Shown here: positions 1 through 10,382 of the stretch, one piece after another | Layout: each line of letters opens with the position of its first letter | Position numbering within the stretch: position 1 is the stretch's first letter | Assembly (NCBI GenBank): GCA_030141605.1 | Contig: JAQGDQ010000038.1 | Coordinates: 620,001 to 684,000, forward strand | Reading direction: 5' to 3' | DNA length: 64,000 bases | Source: Tubiluchus corallicola | Lineage: Eukaryota; Animalia; Priapulida | Notes under the pieces: generated by a model | Database searches by the model: none | The model's input: the letters and a program-made list of their open reading frames with translations, nothing else | What the model was told of the DNA's origin: nothing | Program-made: the position numbers and the translations under genes

Positions 1-1635
1 AAGAGAAGATAATTTCGTAAATCATTTCCGGTGGTGGGCCTCAGTCACATGAAGAGAGGTAAAAGATAAGTAAAAAACGAAAAAATGAATCTTTATTTGG
101 AGGAGATAAGGCGCGGTATTACCTTTGGCTGTGTTTAAACGATAAGCACTTGTGTTTCCTAAAATTTGTTCAAGAGCGTCGATCTATTATCGACCTCGTG
201 ACGCAACTTCAGTCACGTCGTTTTACCCAGGGCAGGTGGATGCCAGTACCACCACACAAATAGTGAATGTGCCCCTTTGGCAAAACACTTTGGTAACTTT
301 GCGCGGATGTATAATTCACGCCATTTATAATGTACAACAATAGCTACAATTATTATTACAACCCATCAGCGTTACTAGCCTATTCTTTAATGTGTTCTAA
401 TTACCTTCGCCTGGAATCTGCTACTGCTTTATCCTACCAGGACCGTTAGCGATTCAGTGCGTGTTCTGTAAAAATTCGTGATTTCAACTAATTTCGGTTC
501 AGCGGGGAAAATGAGTGCTATGTACCAAACATTATATTAAGCTAGGTCAAACGCTGCCATTAAATAATCGACCGTTTACTGTTTCTTGACTGACAAACGA
601 TTATTCCTTCCTGGTTTGTATTACAGGCGGTTTTAGGGCTGTAACTCTTTGCTATAATTCTAAAAAGTGTGTCAAACATAATACCTGGGGCTTGCCTTGA
701 CTAACCACCTCTATCTGTCTATAATAGAATACTAGACAAGCATAGCCCACAAATACGTAGACATGTTTAAGGTAAACCAAATCCAACATTCAATAAAAGT
801 TAAACTAACACAAATCATGAGCCAAAATTGAAAACAACAACCAGGAGCATATAACACTTTTTTGAAGTCTCAAAGTTGAACCAGTCCATACCATCTCGAC
901 GAGAGTTAATCATCAAGAGATTACACGTCTGTAAGCACTTAATCTGGGCTAAATGTCACTCGAGTGCTGCAAAAGAAACTCTGAAGCAGGTCGTACAAAG
1001 GAAATAAAGTTGTAAAGTCATTGACCCAATGCTACCGCTTTTACGGACGTCAAACAAATTATTAGTGAAAATCTCTTTGTCTTACCGGAGTTACTCCGGA
1101 TGGCTAGAGCTAAAAAGGCAACAAGTGGATTGTTTCGTAATTAGAAAAACTAGCAGCTGTTGGTACAGAACTGGTTCGAAAGTTAAGCTGCTCAGCGCAG
1201 TTTCGCTTTTGTGAATTATAGATTTGTTATTATTACCTAGGATGAACAAAACGCGATGCTAAAATACTAAACGGGGAGAAGGCCTACATCGGTTTAATTT
1301 TTTTATCACATTACCATGTAGAAAAAAAATCATTTCGACAAGCAATGTGCCAAAAACTGATAAAAAATCAGTGTTATATAGGATGGAGATTATAATATAT
1401 ATGCAGATACATATTTCAAGTAAGTCTAGTCAAATAAAAGTCCAGTAAAAGTGTAAATACTCCCTAAAATGCATGTAAATCAGTTTCCAGACCGCTTCAA
1501 TTCCTTCAAACACGCAGGTTGAATGCCGCTTTAAGAAAGTTCAAGGATCTTCTAGTTGATGGCGTGGTTAATAAAAACGGTATATTTAATCTTGTAGGCC
1601 AACAAATAGCGATTATTCAGTAATTTAAAACTCAC

Positions 1636-2455
1636 CTTGTTTAGTTGATACCCTTCTTCCATTGTGTGCCACAAAGCTGGCTTGGGGATGGGATTCCTCC
1701 ACTGCAAACAGTTCATCCTTGGTAATGCTGGAATTCCTCGATTTCATTTGGCCATCGGCTCCCACAGCAGTCAAGTAGCGTCCAGCGCAGTCCTTCAGTG
1801 CCAGATAACCAGAATAAAACTCAATGCGAAAGCTGGTGTTTTCATCCGGATCGTAGACCAACCTGCCATCTCTGTGAAGGTAGCGGTTGTCACACGTCTT
1901 CACGGCGTATCCGCCATCTCTCATCTCCAATGTAATCAATGAATCTTCACCCCAGGGAATGGAATCGTCCACGTGCAATTCGTCGTCTCGTAGATGGACG
2001 TACCTCTTTCTGTTGACGCTGCGCAAGTTAACTTGAGGATGGACAGCCAAATGGACAGTCCACAATATATTATCAGTCAAACTCGCCTTCGTCTCGCATT
2101 TTAGACGGTCACCAGATCCGCCAAAGTAGTAGCCAAATTCAACCGACTTCAAGGCCCATCTGCCGTCCTTGCTGATTTCAATTGCAAACTTCTCGAACTT
2201 CCCCTTATCTTCTTCCTCGCAGGTGACATTGCCATTCTTATCGGTGGACAGGTAACGACCGAGGTGAGAACGCAGGTAGACATGGTTACCGCTGTTCGGT
2301 TCAAGTGACCACGTCTGCTTTCGTTTGAGAGACGATCCGCTAGCGTTGATCTTATAACCGAATGTTTCAGCAGTCAAGTATTTTCCATTGTGGTTTATCA
2401 ATCCAACGTTCCACCTAGCTCCATAGTTATTGTGACCATTTGTAATGGACATCAT
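1636..2455 (-). CDS. FSCN1: Fascin (actin-bundling beta-trefoil protein, singed/FSCN1 homolog), first coding exon; remaining exons lie beyond the left edge
   Basis: Translation contains fascin hallmarks GLINHNGKYLTAETFGYKINASGSSLKRKQTW, YLRSHLGRYL, WTVHLAVHPQVNLRSVNRKRY, PWGEDSLITL and KDELFAVEESHPQ. ATG at 2455 (alternative 2452). The exon ends at donor CAAG|GTGAGT (1636/1635, phase 1) after STKQ-G. Confidence 0.96.
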
Positions 2456-4079
2456 GTTCAAAAATCCTGTTTGTTTTTACAAAAGATATGAGAAGCTGAG
2501 CAAAAGCGATGTCTAGGTTTATTGAATTAAGTACAAAATGTCCTAGTATGAAGAATCGACACAATCTTCCTGAAAGCTGTAAATGGCACAGAAATTCCAA
2601 AATTTTCCAACAGCTATGGTCGCTCTACAGCTGACGTCTGCTACAGCTTTGAGCTTACTACAGAAATTATCATAATAATTATTCTACCGTGATAAGCAGT
2701 GCGTGTAATTATTCAGTTTCGGGGCCGCAGAGGCGTGGCCATCGAGAGAGGGAACCAACGATAGGGTAGCCGGTAACTTTTGTAATACTCTGCTAGTCTA
2801 AGCTGGTTCGGCTTAATTACTATCTCTAAAAACATCGAAAAGAAAGATAAATTGACAAGTCTAACAGAGTAACGTGGGTAATTCTTATAACAGTTACTAA
2901 CGATGACCAAGGGGGAAGCTAAGATGTCTTGTAGGACTAGATTAGCAGTAAAAGAATGATTGCAATTAATTCTATATATAAGCGCCTAAAGGGTTCTACG
3001 TAGAACTGACAGCTTTGTGTACGCGGCACACCTCCAGTATATGAAAACGTAACATGACTGTAACACGTTGTTGTAACACTGTAACGAATTTAAATATTGG
3101 TTATTATTTTGTTTGATTGATTTTAATCCATCGGGTCTGTGACATACACGTCCTTTGTCTAATGTGTCGTTTATTTGTAATTGTCTATCTGTTGTACCCA
3201 AAAAATCAAACAAGATTCAAGTCATTTTACTATTAAACGGAATTAAGTAATTCAAGCTGCCTTATTTTAAACACGTGGCGGCATCTATTGATAAGTTATA
3301 AATAAGAAAAATAAGAAGCTAGAAAGCCAAGTGACCGCTTGTTTTGCGACTAAATTCCGTTAGATTTAGCTACGCTGGCAAGTTACTTGCCCTGGCAACA
3401 TTTGCAGACTTCTGATTGGCGTAGTAACATGTCAATGTGATTGTCTCTATAGAAAATATCATTAAAAGGCCTGACAAAATTCCAACGATGAAGGGGTGAA
3501 GAAGCCCCCTTGGAGCAAACAAATTAAAGTAATAATACTGAATTGGATTAGACATGTACTAAAAATATCAGCTAACACTTTAAGCTGAGTCTGAGGTAAG
3601 GGTAAATTAGGAATTGATTTCTTACTGTTGCTGTTGAAATAATCGCCTGAAACTCGACATACTGTCAGTTTAGCAATAATCAGATAAAAGTTTAATGAAT
3701 TCCACATAATTCTGTGACGTTTTTGATTAAAAGCTAAGATGGTAAGCAAACTGGGATCAAAAAATTAATATCGTCATTTATATAGGCCTACAGTTGTGAC
3801 TTATGGCTTCAAATGTGTCTGTACGCAGGTTTTGATCACAGATAAAATGCCGTGACAGTAAAAAATTCTTCAGGTTACCAAAAACAGTTTTCATTTGAAC
3901 TTGTAAGTTTAACACAAAAATCATACGTAATGACACAATTAAGTAGATGTTCCATGTACGAGCATCACGAAATCTCGGAAAACTTCTGATGCTCTAATAC
4001 GTTAGACCTAGAACACCCACAAAGGGCTTACAGGGGCCTCACAAAGACTTCCTCTAAATGCTTCATTGACAGCGGGCTG

Positions 4080-4360
4080 CTTTTCTGCAGCTGATGAACG
4101 ACGTGATTGGTTTAAGAATGGGTGCTCAAAATGGGAGCGCCCAAGCGTGAAACGATCGCGACTTTAAAGTGATTTTATTAATTACAAGAGGCTCTTATCA
4201 CATTTTTATTATTGTATCCTTTAAACATTTTTTGTGGACATTGATGAAATAAGCCAACTCCCAGGAAGGCTTGGCCTTTCCTGGCGGCTAGACGGCGATA
4301 TTTTGCTCTGAAGTGGCAACACTTGTGACAAATCACGTGACGTATGTTTGTTTTGGCGGT
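4080..4360. promoter_or_regulatory. CpG-rich candidate promoter region with inverted CCAAT box (4106-4110) and E-box TCACGTGAC (4333-4341)
   Basis: Local cluster of CpGs in otherwise CpG-poor DNA, with motifs read directly. It lies between the divergent fascin and 7-TM genes. Function is inferred. Confidence 0.3.
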
Positions 4361-4789
4361 ACTGTACATCATTGGGTTGGGTTCGTTTAGTCTATTGAAC
4401 ATTTGCTTTTAATTTCTTGATTATCTTTTTACTCAACCATACATAGGTTATCAAGTTGTTCACTAAAAAAATCTTGGAAGCGTTTGGTATGTTTGGTTAC
4501 AGTATTTTCAGCTTCATTTCTAGCTAAATTGACTGTGAATATTTCGGTACCATGATGAAGCTCGTTATTTGAATGCCGGTATGGGTTTCGCACATTCCTC
4601 TTTTCTGTATGATAATTCCTTTACAGAATCTGGACTTTTCTCCGACATATATCTATAATTAATTACCAGCAAAATTATTGATTGCATACAGTGTACTGTA
4701 AGCCTTATTTTCTGTGATACAGAACAATGTTTCGATCAGTGCAATCGATTGTTTTGCAGTTTATCTATTAATAAGTATGCAAAAATTTA

Positions 4790-5600
4790 TATTCACACTG
4801 ACACAAAAATATATGATGAGGTTTGTTGTCCCATTGACCATGAGCACTTGCAAAACAACATTGACCAGATAGATGGTGTCACAAATGGTAAATGAATTTT
4901 AATATTGACAAATGCAACCTGTTAACCATTAGGAGACCAGATGTTGCTGATCGCAAATACCAAATGGCACAAGGACAATGTGCAATGTAGAAATTACAAG
5001 TGTTAGTGAGCAAAAAGACTTGGGCATCATTGTTGATAACTGTCAATAAAGGTCACAGAAGGCTTACGCTTATTAAGCGAAACTTCACTTATTTAAATGG
5101 GCTCATGGTGACCCAATTGTACAAGTCAATGGTCAGATGAATTTTGGGTTATCGCGGTATGATTTGGGATCCAGCAAGGCAAGATATGATAAGATAAATT
5201 GAACCAGTTCAGCGTCGAGCTACTAGACTGGTACCAGTAGTTTCTGGATTGCCATATTTTATGAGAATCCAGAGGCTAGGGCTAACTACTTTAAAATATA
5301 GGTGTAAGAGGCAGGACTTGATCCAAACATTCCTCATTTTAAAAGGTTTTGATATCATTGATGCTAGCAAAATGTTTCCATCTCAGACTTATTGTGGTAC
5401 TAGAGGTCATCCGTACAAAATCAAGAAGAGAGCAGCCTTCAATAGACGGAGCAGAAAACGAGAGATACTTTCAATGCAGGTGGTTGACGAATGGAGTAAA
5501 TTACTGGAAAATATAATCAATGCCGCTAACCCTTCCCAGTTTAAGTCCCGATTAGATCGATATTGGCAGCATAACCAGAAAAGTTTGTCGATCCTAGACT
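4790..5600 (+). mobile_element. Decayed non-LTR retrotransposon (CR1/L2-type) ORF2 C-terminal fragment
   Basis: Broken frames read KDLGIIVD, IEPVQRRATRLVP, RLGLTTLKYR, TRGHPYKI and VVDEWSKL...SQFKSRLDRYW, typical of the post-RT region of CR1/L2 LINEs. Stops and frameshifts occur upstream of ORF 5249-5725. Confidence 0.8.
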
Positions 5601-6142
5601 GCCTCAATGGCAGCAAAATGTTTTGCGACACAGTCCTTGATCATGGAGTACCACTGTTTCTTTTAAGTCATAAATATAGAACACAAAGAAGATTGGAGAG
5701 AAATATAAGCTATTTTTCAGCTTAACCTCTATCCTGCGACGGTAACATACGTGGAAACGTTTTCATGCGTACGTAACGCATGATACGTGATCTGTATTCG
5801 CCGATCTGGCAATTGCTGTCGTTCAAATACGCATCACATAGCTATACACTTGTAGACAAGTTACAAGTTCTATCACTAGGTGGTGATACATAATGTATTG
5901 TTCACTTCATTGCAAAATGTTTCGTGCTTTCTTTTCCATCTAAATCTAATAATACAATAATAAGCTAATGCCACTTTTGTAGCAATACTTAATTCTTGAT
6001 CACTGTCACACTGAAATGACTTAGGCTGCCAATAATTATTATGGATTTCTCGTGAACAGCTACCAAAAAAGTCGAAGGAGCATTGTGACATTGTTAATAT
6101 GCTAAGCAATAAGCATTCAGTCATGGACCCACGCATGATAAC

Positions 6143-6630
6143 TAGGGGTGAGCATTCTTTGCTAGAAAGCGAATTCTAATTGAATCGAATTTGTAAGTTT
6201 CGAATTCGACTCGAACCGAACTTGAGTATTTCGAATTCGAATCGAATTCCAATTGAGATTGAAAAATTTTCGAACAAGTTTTTGAACCACCAGTAAAAAT
6301 CAGTCTTATTAAGATCATGCATATTACTCGATTTTTTTCTGCAGTAAAACAACTAATAATTTGTTTAAAAGGTAAACAAATGACAGACTCTCTTTCCTTT
6401 TCTATTACCACATGTACTGTAATTTCAAGAAGATGTAAAAAATAAAAATAAAACTTCTTTTATAATCAACGGACCTGATGCTGTGTACAGAAATCACAGC
6501 TAAATTATGCTAATTGCATGATGTTTTAATGATAAAGAACGTATATGGTTGAAGTGCTGTATTATTTGAATTTAGAGTTTTAGGTTTGAATCAAATTCAA
6601 ACTAAAAAACACGTTCGATGCTCACCCCTA
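6143..6630. mobile_element. Non-autonomous hAT-like DNA transposon (MITE)
   Basis: 13-bp terminal inverted repeats TAGGGGTGAGCAT (6143) / ATGCTCACCCCTA (ends 6630), near-perfect 8-bp TSD ATGATAAC / ATAATAAC, and subterminal TCGAA/TTCGA repeats. Confidence 0.85.
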
Positions 6631-6783
6631 ATAATAACAGTCAGTGTAAGTCATAGAGATGAGATCACACATTACATGCACATTTTGTCAGTAAATGTTC
6701 AGCAAATTTTATTTTTACTTACGTTTTTTTGTTGTTTCAGGTTTGGTCAGCAAGTAAAGTTAATGACATAACTACAAAGAAAG

Positions 6784-7371
6784 ATGTCCCAAATCAGCAC
6801 TGCTATTTCAGATTTTGTTCTTGCAGCTGCTACTTTGCTATGTGCATTAAGAGTAGCCCCATCACACATTTTTGCTAGGATTGGGTTTGGAATTGTAGGT
6901 GGAGCTGCTTCATGTGGTGTCGTTCGATACGCTTTTTCCAGTCCTCCGCGTAACATAGCTTACTACCATGATTTACTTACATGGTTATCATATGTTGTTG
7001 GTATGCCACTGCTGGCTTCAACCTACTTGTATCTTCACAGTTATTCTAAAGCTGGCTTTGGCATTGCATGCGGTGCTGTCGTTTTGGTAGTGGCATGGCA
7101 GTATTTGAATCGTGATGTGCAGAAGGCTATAATGAAGGCTGCTGCTGGTGGCAGTATCATCACTATATTGGTTCTTAGCTTTATGCATGTTAATGTGTAC
7201 GGCCTTGTTGGTGCCGGGATGTATCTTGTGTCAGCCCTGGTGATTGGGGAGAGAGGAAGCATAAACGGAATTCCAAGAGTTGATCTCTTGCATTATGGAT
7301 TGGTTGTGGCTAATTTTGCATTATTTGCTGGGATGTATAATGGCACTCTTCCAATTAATGTCCGATACTGA
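6784..7371 (+). CDS. Intronless 195-aa polytopic membrane protein (~7 hydrophobic helices), DUF6962-like
   Basis: Complete ATG-TGA ORF with seven hydrophobic segments, preceded by a strong acceptor (tttttgttgtttcag|G, exon start 6741). Motifs STAISDFVLA, GFGIVGGAA..G..RY, HDLLTWL..VGMPLLA and VDLLHY match my recollection of DUF6962 proteins; family not verified by search. Confidence 0.8.
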   Translation: MSQISTAISDFVLAAATLLCALRVAPSHIFARIGFGIVGGAASCGVVRYAFSSPPRNIAYYHDLLTWLSYVVGMPLLASTYLYLHSYSKAGFGIACGAVVLVVAWQYLNRDVQKAIMKAAAGGSIITILVLSFMHVNVYGLVGAGMYLVSALVIGERGSINGIPRVDLLHYGLVVANFALFAGMYNGTLPINVRY

Positions 7372-7532
7372 GTAGATTTAGTTAGGTTCCTATAATCACC
7401 TGTAGCTTAGAGTTACAACCATTTTCTGCAGGCATTTTACTTGGTGCTATGTTTAGAGTGAATTTTTTTAAAACTTAAACTGCCAGTAACATAATGAGTA
7501 GATCTGTACAAGCGTTGATCGAATAGACTTAG

Positions 7533-7577
7533 TACCATGTTACTCTTATGTGTGTACCATGTTACTCTTATGTGTGT
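7533..7577. repeat. Short tandem duplication (GTACCATGTTACTCTTATGTGT x2)
   Basis: Two adjacent identical 22-nt units read directly. Confidence 0.8.
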
Positions 7578-8003
7578 AGTACATACCATATTTGCTAACT
7601 ATATATTGAGATTTTCGATAAGATTTCTTTTTTATAAGTAACTAGTTTGGTTCCACAATGTACAGTTTAGGTTATCTTAGTTGTCATTAAAAGTGTTGCA
7701 AGCATTGTTATTATTAAGCTGCATAACCAGTAAATGTAGTAACTAATAACCGTGGCACATCCAGTACTTGTGTCTACATTTATTTTGACCATCCCAGCAT
7801 TCTTGCCAGTCTATACGTACTACCACTTTTATAAAGTGTACGAAAATTGTTGATTATATTCCTCATAATTCAATTCATTAAGTGCTATATTTGGGAACTA
7901 CTGGTTGTGCACATAGTTCATTCTTATGATAACTCACTGATAGACATAGCCTTAAATCAACATTGTGTAGCATCAGATGTCTGTTGATTATAAAAGAAAT
8001 TTG

Positions 8004-8070
8004 ATTTTTATTTTTTACATCTTCTTGAAATTACAGTACATGTGGAAACAGAAAAGGAAAGAGAGTCTGT
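8004..8070 (-). repeat. Inverted copy of the internal segment 6383-6449 of the hAT MITE
   Basis: The reverse complement of 8004-8070 matches 6383-6449 with two mismatches over 67 nt. Confidence 0.9.
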
Positions 8071-8999
8071 TATTCAGAACAAGATGAATTAATGGGCATT
8101 TTTTATTGTATTTTGTGTTCATTTTGCTTGATCAGTAGAAAATGTGGCAGAAATTTTTGAGATAAGTGAGAACTGTTTCGAATATATGAGAGCATCATGA
8201 GAGAAGTGCTTGTTATTTAGGGACCAAAGAATTTTGCATTTGCAAAATACAGTTTGACATGTAATTATGTGACTTGGTCCTAAAGGGTATTAAAGAGTTG
8301 GCTTAGTTTTTAGTTGGCATAACTGGCATAGTGTTTTAGCTGAACCTAGCTAGCAGATTTCTGGTTAGCAGATAAACCGTGCAGCAACATAAATTATGAT
8401 ATTCAAAAATATGTAATATAATTTATTTAAAGTTATATGTTTTTACTTTTAATATCACTGGTTGCAACCATGGCATTTCATTGCTATTTATATAAATGTT
8501 ATTATGCACTTTGCAGTTTAGCTAGTGTAACAGTTGAATGTTGTTATGGGTCTTGTAAATTTTGAGCTCTTGATGCTTGTAATAACCTTATTGTGTAATT
8601 TAACAATTTCAGTGAGTGTAGGCAGAGATTCCGCTTGCAGATATTATGTTCTCAGGTGTAAATTTTACTAGATTATCGGTTTTGCCGAATGAACTTTAAT
8701 GGTAGCTATCTACCTTGTTCTTTCAATTATGTAATTTTAATCATTATGATAAATTTTAAATACAGTACAGACTTTGCAACCTGAAATTACACTACATGCA
8801 TTTATTCTTCTGATATATGCATATTATGTTTTATCCTTCTAATATATGAATTAATTTAGTTTATAGTGTACTGATGATATGGTTAAGTCATTTACTCAAC
8901 ATTTATTAAAAGTGAAAAATATATGCCATTGTCTACATTTTTAATTAATCACTGTTGTGACCATAGAGTCATAAGTTTAAGAAATATCAGATCATCTAC

Positions 9000-9075
9000 T
9001 AGGGGTGAGCATTCTCTACCAGAAAGCGAATTCGAATCGAACCGAATTTGTGACTTTCAAATTCGAATCGAACAA
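9000..9075 (+). mobile_element. Truncated left end of the same hAT-like MITE family as 6143-6630
   Basis: TAGGGGTGAGCATTCTCTACCAGAAAGCGAATTCGAATCGAACCGAATTTGT closely matches the sequence starting at 6143. Confidence 0.8.
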
Positions 9076-10382
9076 GCTGAAGAATAACATACAGCTGACT
9101 TTTTTAATAATTATTATTGAAAGAACTTTTCTGTTACAAATTAATGTATATGTGCCAGACTGTCATGATGTAAGGATTTGACCAGAAAATATTATAGCTG
9201 ATGCAGTAATACATACAAACACAATTATTATCACGTTTTATGAAAACTTTATTGCCATATGCATAATAAAATTTTAATACATAGTTGTTCCAAACCATAT
9301 GATTGCCAAATTGTTTTTGTCAGTGAATAAAAATGTACATAATTACGTTATTAGGACTGTGCATGGACAAATGTACTTCTTTGTCATTTTTTTGCTACTG
9401 CTGAGGTGGGCACTGGTGGAAATACCGAGAAATATGGAAACATGCGAGTTTGTCCATGTTGTGTTTAAAAAATACCATTACTTTTGGGATTTTTTTTTCT
9501 GAATTTCATAACGAATTTTAATTTTCTGTGATGTTAATCTTAATATTAATAACAGTTCAAGCCAGTTCAGTTTTACTAATCATTATAGATTTGTAGAAAG
9601 TTCATATTCACTCACAATGTCCAAGTCACAGTTTTATTACTTTTATCTTTACAGCCAAACAGAAAGATCGAAATATTAGTAACCCCACTCCCTGCCGCAT
9701 TATGTTGCAGTTTACAGTTCCCAAATCTTCCAAAAGGTTGTTCTTACACCTATACAGATAGAACCAGGACGGATCATGGTTTTAACTCATATTGGGTCTC
9801 CTTAGACTCCTTACTGACTCACTAACTGCTTTTTAGTACATTGAACACGCATGGCTTAACTTTGGTTGCTAGATACACTCAATAGCGATTTGGCTGTGGC
9901 TGTCCATCTTGCTGAGCCTTGCTCTTTGATACTATAAAACTTCTATCATTTTACTATGGTGAAACTTCCATGCTACAATGATGTGTAGCTATGGTGAGTG
10001 CTGCACCAACCCTAGTAATATTTAAATCTTTAACCGATGATTACTTTGTGAAAAAATGGGGTCTCTATGGATGACCCTAATCATGACAGTATAACAAACT
10101 ACAGACTCAGGCCATTGCAGCTTTTTGCATGCAGCTTATAAATAAAACAAGCTTAAGTGTAACTTCAAACATTTGCAATTCCAACTTTTGCCTACAGATG
10201 GCTCTAAGTTTATAAACCAAAATTTTGGTATTTTTAGTGGAATTGTTTTAATTCATAGACAAATTAATTTAATAATTTTTAAATTAATTGAGTGAAATTA
10301 TGAATTTAGACATTTTTATAATTAATTATCTTGCTTAGCTTTGTTGCCTGCGAAGACGGTTAGACGAAGCCTTAATACTGAA

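Noticed and set aside
1664-1942. Antisense ORFs over real exons (also 6747-6956, 7041-7262, 42326-42523, 59619-59828)
   Set aside because: These are shadow frames of coding sequence on the opposite strand.
5249-5725. 158-aa ORF as a host gene
   Set aside because: It is a LINE ORF2 remnant with a non-ATG start and disrupted upstream frame.
6160-6270. TCGAA-rich iterated palindromes resembling a CRISPR or heat-shock-element array
   Set aside because: There is no repeat-spacer periodicity; these are subterminal repeats of the hAT MITE.
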